NCBI GenBank assembly: GCA_965223295.1
Contig: CBDCWC010000003.1
Location: 1,879,552 to 1,943,551 of the forward strand
Reading direction: 5' to 3'
DNA: 64,000 bases
Source: Nitrospirales bacterium
GTDB taxonomy: Bacteria > Nitrospirota > Nitrospiria > Nitrospirales > UBA8639
The notes beneath the pieces are model-generated. The model made no database searches and was not told where the DNA came from. It saw nothing but the letters and a program-made list of their open reading frames with translations. The first letter of the stretch is position 1; every line of letters begins with the position of its first letter. A program made the position numbers and the translations under genes. Below are positions 32,590 through 41,483 of this stretch, piece by piece.

Positions 32590-35283
32590 ATGACAAATGA
32601 TCATTCACTTTCTGTGTCTCATTCCGTTGCTGGTTCCCAGAGTCTGGAGGAACAACGCGAATTTTTGCATGAACGACTGAGGGAAGGAGCATCTGGCGGA
32701 GAAATTGTACAAGCATTTTCGGACTTTATGGATGCGCTCTTGATCGGACAATTTCGAGAAGTGGTTCAGCAAAGCCATCCTGACATTCGAGCGAATTGGC
32801 AGCAATGTTGTTTGGTGGCCATGGGGGGGTATGGCCGTCGAGAGTTGGCCCCTTATTCGGATATTGATGTGATGGTCTTGACCCAAGGCAATCAATCTGA
32901 AGTTGCTGACACCATTTCCAAAGGCGTGTTTCATCATTTATGGGATTTAGGTTTTCAGGTAGGGCATAGTGTACGTTCCATCGAGGAGTGCCTTGAGATG
33001 GGGTTCGCAGATCTTCCAACGTGTACATCGTTGATGGAGTCCAGGTTTTTAGGTGGCAATCCAGAAGTTTTTCAGGAGTTTCAGAAAAAGTTTAGCCGGC
33101 GAATTCTCAAACGACAGGCCAAGCAATTTGTTCTGGGTAAAATAGAGGAGCGACAAAAGGAATATGCCAAATTTGGGGAAACCGTTTTTTTACTGGAACC
33201 CAATATCAAGAAAAGTAAAGGCGGGTTGCGGGATCTCCACTTGATTCAATGGGTGGGCCAGGCCCGCTATGAAGCTGGAACCATCCAAGAGTTGTCTAAT
33301 CGAGGAATATTGGCCTTTCAAGATTATCAAGTGCTGCACGATGCGCAAGAATTTCTGTGGCGGCTCAGAGGATTTCTGCATTTTGAGGCCAAGAGAGCTC
33401 AGGATATTTTGACCTTTGACGATCAAGTTCGACTTGCAGCCATCTATGGCTTATCGGATCGTCCCAATCTGCTAGCTGTCGAACAGTTTATGCAACAGTA
33501 TTTTCTCCATACCACTGGATTACATGATCGATGCATCCGATTTCTTGAGCAGGCAGAGGAACGTTCATGGGTTGAACGAGTGCGGCAGTGGTGGCCTAAT
33601 GTACTAATTGAGGGGAATTTTCGAATAGAAGATCAAAAGCTGACCATTCTTCCGGAAAAGTTGCATGATGTTTTGGAAAGCCCTGTTCAACTTCTTCGAC
33701 TCTTTGAAATTTCCCAAGATCAAGTGGTCCCCATTGAATCAAAGATTTTGAATGAATTGTCCCAGCATTTAGTCACCGTACCTAATGAACGATTTCATAC
33801 GAATGAAGTGAGCAGTCTATTTCGGAACATTCTCAATCGTCCTGGTCGGATTGGGAAAACGCTAGAAGCTATGCATCAGGCCAGTTTTTTGGAGAAACTT
33901 GTTCCTGCCTTTGCCCGAGTTCGGGGACTCATGCAATTTAACCAGTACCATAAATATACGGTTGATGAGCATAGTCTGTTAGCCGTGAAAGAAGCTGAGC
34001 GATTGCAACAAGATGAAGGGATGATTGGAGAGGTCTATCGTCAGATCCAAGACAAGGATATTTTACATTTAGCTGTGTTGTTGCATGATTTAGGAAAAGG
34101 GCGACCTGGGGATCATAGTAAAATTGGGCAAGAAATTGCCCACAACTTGGCTGATCGGTTGGAGCTGTCTTCACAAGATCGAGAGGTGTTGGCCTATCTG
34201 GTCTTTCACCACTTAGTGATGTCCCATACTGCATTTCGCCGAGATTTAAACGACCCTAAAATCATTCTAACTTTTGCAAGGAAAATGAAAACCGTAGAAG
34301 TCCTTCAAAAAATGTTCGTCCTGACGGTCGCTGATATTTCAGCCGTGGGTCCCGAAGTCATGACCAAATGGAAAGAATCACTGTTGGGAGAACTCTATGC
34401 CCGTACTTATGAAGTCTTGGTAGAGGGGAATCATTCTTCTCAAGCCACAGATGAAAAGCTATTCCGACAACCTGTTATGCAGAAAGCGCTTCTTGAAGCC
34501 ATGGCTACTCTGCGAGGAGAATCTTCTATGCCAATATCGGAATGGCCTTCATGGGTGGAGGAGCAATGTTCACAATTACCAGATTGGTATATTACCTCCA
34601 CGCCAGTTGAGCAAATAGCTTCCCATCTTCTTGCCGTGGAAAATTTATCTTCTACACCAACCCATGTCGAGGGACGATTTAATGAGGAATTAGGCGTTTC
34701 AGAATATGTGCTGATTACGCGAGCCCAAGCAAAACCAGGTCTTTTTATGCAAGCCACCGGAGTGTTAGCTGCCTTCCGGTTAGAAGTGTTGAATGCTCAG
34801 ATCATGACATTAGCTGATGGCACGGTGCTGGATATTTTTTCTGTGAATGATCCTGATTGTGAAGGCCAGCCTTCGTCGTTGCGATTGAGTGAAGTTTCTC
34901 AAGAAATCCAGGCAGTGGTGCAGGAAGGATATTCCATCGAGCAAGTTTTCGGACGCCGACGCCGTATGAGGTTTGGTCGGCAGTTTCCAACTGGACGGCA
35001 CCCGACTGAAGTGCTCATTCATAATGAAGTCTCTGATGCTTATACGGTCATTGATGTCTTTGCGGACGACAAACCCGGGCTCTTATTCGAATTAGCCAAA
35101 ACATTAGTGAAGCTCGATCTCTCCATCCATATGGCCAGGATTGGTACCCGCTTGGATCAAGTTGTGGATGTGTTTTATGTGACGACTGGCCAGGGGGACA
35201 AAATTCGTTCTGGAGACCAGGAAGAGAAGATTCAGAATACCATTCAGAAATCTGTCGAAATCTTTTTGGATGAAGGGTTATAA
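32590..35283 (+). CDS. glnD: [Protein-PII] uridylyltransferase / uridylyl-removing enzyme
   Basis: GGYGRRELAPYSDID, EPNIKKSKGGLRD, HKYTVDEH, LLHDLGKG, two ACT domains. Confidence 0.96.
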   Translation: MTNDHSLSVSHSVAGSQSLEEQREFLHERLREGASGGEIVQAFSDFMDALLIGQFREVVQQSHPDIRANWQQCCLVAMGGYGRRELAPYSDIDVMVLTQGNQSEVADTISKGVFHHLWDLGFQVGHSVRSIEECLEMGFADLPTCTSLMESRFLGGNPEVFQEFQKKFSRRILKRQAKQFVLGKIEERQKEYAKFGETVFLLEPNIKKSKGGLRDLHLIQWVGQARYEAGTIQELSNRGILAFQDYQVLHDAQEFLWRLRGFLHFEAKRAQDILTFDDQVRLAAIYGLSDRPNLLAVEQFMQQYFLHTTGLHDRCIRFLEQAEERSWVERVRQWWPNVLIEGNFRIEDQKLTILPEKLHDVLESPVQLLRLFEISQDQVVPIESKILNELSQHLVTVPNERFHTNEVSSLFRNILNRPGRIGKTLEAMHQASFLEKLVPAFARVRGLMQFNQYHKYTVDEHSLLAVKEAERLQQDEGMIGEVYRQIQDKDILHLAVLLHDLGKGRPGDHSKIGQEIAHNLADRLELSSQDREVLAYLVFHHLVMSHTAFRRDLNDPKIILTFARKMKTVEVLQKMFVLTVADISAVGPEVMTKWKESLLGELYARTYEVLVEGNHSSQATDEKLFRQPVMQKALLEAMATLRGESSMPISEWPSWVEEQCSQLPDWYITSTPVEQIASHLLAVENLSSTPTHVEGRFNEELGVSEYVLITRAQAKPGLFMQATGVLAAFRLEVLNAQIMTLADGTVLDIFSVNDPDCEGQPSSLRLSEVSQEIQAVVQEGYSIEQVFGRRRRMRFGRQFPTGRHPTEVLIHNEVSDAYTVIDVFADDKPGLLFELAKTLVKLDLSIHMARIGTRLDQVVDVFYVTTGQGDKIRSGDQEEKIQNTIQKSVEIFLDEGL

Positions 35284-35315
35284 GTGAAGTTTTGTGTTTA
35301 GGCCAAAAGTTATCA

Positions 35316-35517
35316 TATTCCCGTGCTCACGTAGGTATCAGTACGCTCCCTCCGTGCGCAAAAGGCTGCGGCCTTCCCATCGACAGGCTCAGGGCAGGAC
35401 TGGACGGACCCTTCGATCAACTCAGAGCAGGCTTTTTTGAACAGACCCGAGGCCGCTGACATGGTACGTTGCAGAGACGAAGTTTGGCTGTTGATATCAT
35501 CATTATTCAACAAGCCC
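35316..35517 (-). mobile_element. MITE family A, copy 3 (one end truncated; two nested 23-nt inserts)
   Basis: Shared core and end ATCATCATTATTCAACAAGCCC; inserts at 35376-35398 and 35409-35431. Confidence 0.8.
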
Positions 35518-35566
35518 AAAACGTAAATCCTTATGTCAAATAAGATGATCGTGTGAGAACAGTGTT

Positions 35567-36535
35567 CTATGGTCGATGAGTGAGTTCCCAATCTACTGCT
35601 GAATGAATAATTTCTTGGAGCTGGGAGGAGGTGGGTTTCCACGCTAGGGTGGACATTAGGGAGGAGGGGTCAGCAACCAACTGAGGAGGATCTCCCGGGC
35701 GTCGAGGCAGCGTTTCAATCGATGGCGTGACTGAGAGACGTTGGGCGATAGCCTGAATCACTTGGAGAACAGAATGACCCCGGCCAGTTCCCACATTGAA
35801 ATTGTACTGCCCTTTTAGATTGGTAGTCTCGATTGCTCTCACATGTGCGTCAGCGAGGTCCATGACATGGATATAGTCTCGAATGCAGGTGCCATCAGGT
35901 GTTGAGTAGTCACTCCCATATACCTGCACTGGTTTTTCTGAGCGAAGTGCTCGAATCACTCGAGGGATGAGGTGTTCTTCTGGATCATGCTGCTCGCCGA
36001 CCTGCCACGACACATTAGCTCCAGAGGCATTAAAATACCGAAGCGCAATGGAATTGAACTCCAATGCGCGGGCGCTTGCATGTAAGACTTGCTCAAATCC
36101 TAACTTCGAAGCCCCGTAGGGAGAGGTGGGGAGAAGTGCTGAGTGTTCTTGAATGGGAATTTGCGTTGCATTGCCGTACACAGCTGCCGTGGAAGAAAAG
36201 ACAAATGACTGAATAGGAAATTGAGCACATGCCGTAAGAAGACTTGTGCTCGCACCAAGATTATTATTCCAATATTTATCAGGTTTCTGAACAGATTCTC
36301 CTACACTGATATACCCACCTAGGTGGATGATGGCCTCTGGGCGATGTTTTTTAAAGACGGACAGGACATGTTCTGTATCTTCAAGCGCGATTTTCTCAAC
36401 AGGGAATTCCCCTGCTCGGCTTTCCACGGATGTTCGAAAATCATCAAGAATGATAGGATGATGTTGCCGTTCTGCTAATGCACGTACCACATGTGCACCG
36501 ATATAGCCAGCTCCTCCAGTGACAAGAACTTTCAT
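35567..36535 (-). CDS. galE: UDP-glucose 4-epimerase
   Basis: TGGAGYIG, SSTAAVYG, YGASK, LRYFNASGA, DGTCIRDYIHVMDLA. Confidence 0.95.
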   Translation of the reverse strand: MKVLVTGGAGYIGAHVVRALAERQHHPIILDDFRTSVESRAGEFPVEKIALEDTEHVLSVFKKHRPEAIIHLGGYISVGESVQKPDKYWNNNLGASTSLLTACAQFPIQSFVFSSTAAVYGNATQIPIQEHSALLPTSPYGASKLGFEQVLHASARALEFNSIALRYFNASGANVSWQVGEQHDPEEHLIPRVIRALRSEKPVQVYGSDYSTPDGTCIRDYIHVMDLADAHVRAIETTNLKGQYNFNVGTGRGHSVLQVIQAIAQRLSVTPSIETLPRRPGDPPQLVADPSSLMSTLAWKPTSSQLQEIIHSAVDWELTHRP

Positions 36536-36722
36536 GAAAGAGGTCTCCGTAAAGAAATACTGTTTCGTGAAGATTTGTAATAGTCGAGTTATTGTTTTCG
36601 GTTAATTATGAGGGCAAACTGCCTTTTTGAAAAATCTTGGGCTTAAAGCTTTCAATCAAGTATGTTTCGCATAGTGGCATCGGTTATGTCTAGCCTGTCT
36701 TGCAGTTACTGAAATCTAAGGT

Positions 36723-36922
36723 GGGTCTGTTGAAAAAATCCGCCAGCGGCGTTTTCACCATTTTCCCGTGCTCACGTGGGTGTCAGTACGCTCCGAGCGA
36801 AAAAATGGCTGTGGCCTTCCCTCGACAAGCTCAGAGCAGGACTGAATGGACCAGATGACGCCGACATGGTACGTTGCAGATACAAAATTTGGCTGTTGAT
36901 ATCATCATTATTCAACAGTCCC
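36723..36922 (-). mobile_element. MITE family A, copy 4 (nested 22-nt insert)
   Basis: GGGTCTGTTGAA...TTCAACAGTCCC; perfect 5-bp flanking duplication AAGGT. Confidence 0.88.
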
Positions 36923-37152
36923 AAGGTTTTTATGACGGCATTCAACCGTTGCCTATGACTATGAGGTACAGCTAGATGGTTACGAGAGGAGGTTGTAGGC
37001 TAAGAGTTCTTGAGTTTGCTGTTTTATCAAATTTGGGGAATATTCAATAAAGTAAACACTTTTGTTGACAAGGTGTTGCGCCTCCCGAGGCTCTAAGAAA
37101 ATCACGAGTTTCATTATCATCTATGCACATAGGTGAGAAAGGAACATTATGT

Positions 37153-37295
37153 GGACCCCTCTAAAAACTGTTCTTTTCCCCGATGGCGGCGTCAGCCGCG
37201 TGCTCAACTCCTCATGTATCGGCCTATACCCTGCGGTTTTCCGCGCGCCGCTTCCTTGCCCTCAGAAAAAAAATCTTCAGTTTTTAGAGGTGCCC
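37153..37295. mobile_element. MITE family B (single copy in window)
   Basis: 18-bp imperfect TIR GGACCCCTCTAAAAACTG / CAGTTTTTAGAGGTGCCC; 4-bp duplication ATGT on both sides. Confidence 0.75.
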
Positions 37296-37713
37296 ATGTA
37301 GTCTCTCACATAAAGAAAGAAACCAACCGATTCTCTATGGTAACAACCGGGAGACAGCAAAACTAAAACGTGAAGAGTGGAGCCACCTACTGAATATTGG
37401 CCATTGCGATTATTCGCGAGAACCTCAGCTTTTTTATGAACTACCGAAGAGAAAAATCTTTTCTTCTCGCAAATTTTTTAGGAGCAATCCGTGAGGGCGT
37501 TAGTGCTTGTGAGGTAATGGCGATGCCGCAGTCGTTACACAACCAAAAGGCGCCGGTTGGAGCAAAAGTTGAACTTTGACAATGTGGGCAATGTGGGAAT
37601 GACATGTCGATTTCCTTTCTTGTAAGAGTTAGGGGGCAGGTAAAGTTTTACATTTCTAGCGCTTGTTCCTTGGGCTACCCATTTATCTACTTTTCTTCTT
37701 GGTGCCTTCCCCA

Positions 37714-38856
37714 TTACTTTCTTTGGACCGTGGTTAAGACCAGACCTGAAAAGAGAGGTTGTGAGACAGATGGCCGATTGGAGGGTGGGCAGTGGTCTAG
37801 ATGTGTAGGAAAAGCAAAGATCATTCTTCCTGTCGTAGTTTGCATATAGCGTGAGACTTCAACATCAAGAACACGACCGATAGCGGGCGCGCCGTGGTCA
37901 ATGACAACCATGGTCCCGTCATCCAAATGTGCAACACCTTGTCCTAAGCCTTGCCCCTCTTTTTGAACGAAGACTCTGATAATTTCGCCAGGTAAAACGA
38001 GAGGACGCAAGTGCTAGGTTAATTCATTCACATTTAGCGCTGTCACCTCTTGAACGTTAGCCACTTTGGCTAAGTTCCAATCGTTGGTCACAATTTTAGC
38101 CTGTCGATCTTTTGCAATCGCGATGAGTTGATGGTCGACGGCTAAATCTTGTGAATGGCGATCATTCACAATCACGACTTCCGGTTGGGAAAGTTGCTGA
38201 AGATCATTAAGAATTTCAAGTCCCCGCTTCCCCTTCGTTCGTTTTGAGGGATCGTCAGAGTCCGCGATGAAGTGAATTTCTCGTAAAACCAGTTCGGGAA
38301 CGAGGAGCGGGCCTTCTAAAAATCCGGTTCTGCAGAGATAGAGCACTCGGCCATCTATGATGGCGCTCGAATCCAGCACTTTGGGAACGGAATGGATCGT
38401 CACATTCTGAAGGGGTGGACGACTTGAAGACTGATAAGGATTCAGCGACGAAACCTGGCTCTCGGGTTGAGAAAAATACAATCCCAAGGTTAACCCGAGG
38501 TAAGGAAAAAGAAGGAGGCTAAAAGCTATGGCCCATGGATGAACTGAAGAATGGCCTAGGAGCCCTAAGGACCACGCTAGAAGGAGGAGACAGGTCCCCA
38601 TCATGCCTATCATGAGACCTAAACTCCCACAAAAGATAGTAGAACGAGAACAGGAGGTCAAATGAGTTTCTAGCCAAAGCACACAACATCCAACTGCAAA
38701 TCCTAAGAAACCTCCAATTGTCAACCATTCCATTGCCGAAGAGGTAAAGCTCATAAAGAGTCCAGTAAAGGTACAGACGGTCAGATACGTCAGTCTGCCA
38801 ATGGACAAAAAAGGATATGTTGAGAAAAGAGCCTTATTGAAGAAAAATTCTGACAC
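37714..38856 (-). pseudogene. Membrane-anchored PIN/TRAM-domain protein (YacL-like) interrupted by an in-frame TAG at 38014-38016
   Basis: TM N-terminus, VLDSSAIIDGR, TNDWNLAKVA, NVNELT*HLRPLVLPGE, QGVAHLDDGTMVVID, QTTTGRMIFA all in one frame. Confidence 0.85.
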
Positions 38857-38874
38857 CGTAGAAATTCCCTATTG

Positions 38875-39423
38875 TTAGCCAATCGTGTGTGACATGTGTT
38901 CAATTGCTGTTTGGGAGTCGGTGATCTGAGGGTGGGGACGGTGACCCACGGTTGGTTTAGAGACGTACGTTGGCGAGCTCCGTAAAAAATCACTTTTGAC
39001 AATGTCTAAGGCAGCGGAAACGCCTATCAGATTCAGATCATGAATGAGCCGAAATCTCAAGCGGTGGCCTTGGTCAAAAATTAAGGTTTCACAACGGTTG
39101 AGGCGGAGGGATGGTGTGAGATGGAACATCTTCTGGAGCCGACAGATGGGGTCGATAAAAAATGGAAGAGAAAAATCTTGCGGGGGACGAGTCCAGCCTT
39201 GTCCCAATACGGTATCTGTCGAAACCATAATGGCCAAAGTGGATTCAGATTGCTCAAATTCTCGCCCTTGACTCTCCAGAAAATATGCATGAGTTTCCGT
39301 TAAGTCTGAAAGACAAATGAGAGCAAGCCCTTTTTCTTGAAAATCAGACAGCGAGAGAAAAGAAAATTGGCCTTTGAATATGCAGGGAATTCTGATCGTT
39401 GGTGCTTTCATTCCTATCTTCAT
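38875..39423 (-). CDS. Peroxiredoxin/AhpC-fold protein lacking the peroxidatic motif
   Basis: IGMKAP...LSLSDF...LPFFIDP...TLIFD pattern of AhpC; no PxxxTxxC; SD AAGGAG before ATG 39423. Confidence 0.6.
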   Translation of the reverse strand: MKIGMKAPTIRIPCIFKGQFSFLSLSDFQEKGLALICLSDLTETHAYFLESQGREFEQSESTLAIMVSTDTVLGQGWTRPPQDFSLPFFIDPICRLQKMFHLTPSLRLNRCETLIFDQGHRLRFRLIHDLNLIGVSAALDIVKSDFLRSSPTYVSKPTVGHRPHPQITDSQTAIEHMSHTIG

Positions 39424-39521
39424 CAAACGTTCTCCTTCTGGTTTTCCGGAAAGGGGTTTCTCTGAAGCCATCGTGCGTGTATAAGGGTATTGAACGACTG
39501 TGTGAGAATTATTCAGCAAAT

Positions 39522-39788
39522 TTACCAGGGCCCGACCGGGATGTATTCGGTTGCTCCACAGTTCACGCACCTCATCACAAACCCAGAAAAATGAATGCCG
39601 ATCACATGTTCACGAATAAACAAGCCAGAACATCGGATACATGATGTCGTTCGGTAAGAGTCAGATCGTGTTTTTTCAAGCGCGTCCTCGGTGGTGTCAG
39701 GAGAATATGCGCTGGCAGTGGGCAGTTGTGAGGCCCGGCCAAGTTTTATCGTCTTGTACATAAAAGATCTCCCTTGATTGCTCTTCAC
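39522..39788 (-). CDS. Small CxxC...CxxC (zinc-ribbon-like) protein
   Basis: CIRCSG...RCVNCG; GTGA overlap with the upstream gene, alternative ATG at 39761. Confidence 0.6.
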   Translation of the reverse strand: MKSNQGRSFMYKTIKLGRASQLPTASAYSPDTTEDALEKTRSDSYRTTSCIRCSGLFIREHVIGIHFSGFVMRCVNCGATEYIPVGPW

Positions 39789-40000
39789 AGGAACTCATTT
39801 CCGGATGTATGAGAAGGAGAGAGTTTTTTCGTCAATGTCCAGGTTCGTTTGCATCGCGGACACCGAATTTCAATGCCCTTGGGGGTTTGTTTTGCGATCA
39901 ACCGTCCGCAATGACAGCGTAAATCAGTATCCTGTGCGGAAGGTGAATCTGACCGCGTCGCGTCAATGAGTTTAGAAGGATTTGAATGACTCATTTTCAC
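39785..40000 (-). CDS. Small Com-like zinc-ribbon protein, paralog 1
   Basis: DLRCHCGRLIAK...IEIRCPRCKR; paralogous to 46717-46941. Confidence 0.7.
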   Translation of the reverse strand: MKMSHSNPSKLIDATRSDSPSAQDTDLRCHCGRLIAKQTPKGIEIRCPRCKRTWTLTKKLSPSHTSGNEFL

Positions 40001-40017
40001 ATTTTATTTTTGGTTTT

Positions 40018-40036
40018 GATTATTATTATCAATATC
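40018..40036 (-). promoter_or_regulatory. Fur box
   Basis: Minus strand GATATTGATAATAATAATC, 16/19 match to GATAATGATAATCATTATC; TTGACA at 40057-40052. Confidence 0.75.
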
Positions 40037-40687
40037 AATATAAAGCGTGACTGTCAATCAAAAATACATGCGGAAAAGAAGGAAAAAGCATGCTGAAAAG
40101 CTAGGCTAGCTTTTTGTGCTTCTTGTTGAAGGTGGGAAAAGGGCTTCTAGGCTTGAGCAAGGCTTGAGCATGTATAGGATGGGATCCTTAGGGCGCTGTG
40201 GATCACTCCAAGCTAGGACAGTATCCAACTGTGCTCAGTGGTGAGAAATGATCATTGCGATCATAGAAAAGCTCTGTAGAGACCACTCATCTTTATTAGA
40301 TCGAAGACCGCAATTACAGGTACCTTATCAGGCCGCATGTGGTCACCCCTATGTTCATGCTCATACTCTAGAGAAACATGTTGAAGTTCTATGTTGGGCT
40401 GTCGAGGGGAAAATAGTTTTTGAGGGAGGATGGCAGAGAAGGTGAAAAGGGAGGCTGTGTTCTTTAAGGCAACTTTCAGGTACGAAAAAGTAAAATGAAG
40501 GTGAGAGTTAGGGGATTTGGAAACGCGTCAGGTACTATAACTGATACTCTCTAAATATTAGGAAATGAGATTCTAGTGGGCAGAGTGCTTTCTGCTATCT
40601 CGAGGTTTGCGACCGGGACCAAAAAAGGTTCAATGTAATTGGTTGGAATCAGCTTCTTCGTAAGCAGTAGTGAGCCTATTCATGGTG

Positions 40688-41206
40688 CTATTTAAAAGAC
40701 TGAAGAAGTCTCATTCTGAAATGTTTGGGGGACAACCCTGTACCTTTTTTGAAAAAGTTACTCAGGGCAAATTGATCTTGAAACCCGAGCACGTCGGCTA
40801 TCTGTGTCAGACTTAAGTTTTTGTCCTCTAACAACTGTTTGGCTTTTTCGATTCGTACTCGCTTGAGGTACACAGAAAATGATTCACCCATTTGATTCCG
40901 AAAAAGTTCTGAGCAGTACTTTTCGGAGTAGCCGAGAAAAGTCGATAAATCTTTCAATGTGACTCCACGACGAAGATTACAGACGATAAAATCATGAATT
41001 CGTCGAGGGAGAGAGTTGCCGGCGGTTCCCGATGTGAAAGAATGAGTCAAAAGATCCTCAAAGGCCTTATGGGCAATGGCCTGTAACTCATTAGTCTGTC
41101 TGTCATGACTCATTTGCTGAAACCATCTTTCGGTGTACGTACGGAGTTTTTGTGTCAGGTCTTGTTCGAGGGATAGTTCAGATATGGTTGCTTCTTGTGA
41201 ACTCAT
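40688..41206 (-). CDS. AraC-family transcriptional regulator (short N-terminal domain)
   Basis: TLKDLSTFLGYSEKYCSELF, IADVLGFQDQFALSNFFKKGTGLSPKHFR. Confidence 0.9.
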   Translation of the reverse strand: MSSQEATISELSLEQDLTQKLRTYTERWFQQMSHDRQTNELQAIAHKAFEDLLTHSFTSGTAGNSLPRRIHDFIVCNLRRGVTLKDLSTFLGYSEKYCSELFRNQMGESFSVYLKRVRIEKAKQLLEDKNLSLTQIADVLGFQDQFALSNFFKKGTGLSPKHFRMRLLQSFK

Positions 41207-41327
41207 AACGTTTCTCCTTTTCTATCGTTCTTGATGGTAGCAAGAGATCACAAACTCATGAGTAGGTAATCATGAATGTGCTTCGTCATTAGAAATCATT
41301 CGTTGTTTTCACTAAAGGGCACCTCTT

Positions 41328-41365
41328 AAAAAAAGAGCCCAAGATGAATGATCATCTTGGGCTCT
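41328..41365 (-). terminator. Intrinsic terminator downstream of the dihaem gene
   Basis: AGAGCCCAAGATG-loop-CATCTTGGGCTCT with an A-run on + (U-tract on -). Confidence 0.75.
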
Positions 41366-41483
41366 GGGTCTGTATCCCTCGGGCCGCTCGATTCACGAAC
41401 CGTTGATGACGTTCCGTGCCTACCGTTTTTTCATATTGGTCTTCGAGAGTGTTTTCCCTTTAGTCTTGAAAGACTTCATCGGG

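Noticed and set aside
37300-37700. Short + strand ORFs (37397, 37604) or an sRNA after the weak Fur-like site near 37105
   Set aside because: No SD, motif, clear promoter or terminator to support them
41366-41480. 6S RNA or riboswitch-like segment between the dihaem gene and its terminator
   Set aside because: Partial resemblance only; no complementary 5' arm or complete aptamer consensus identifiable by eye
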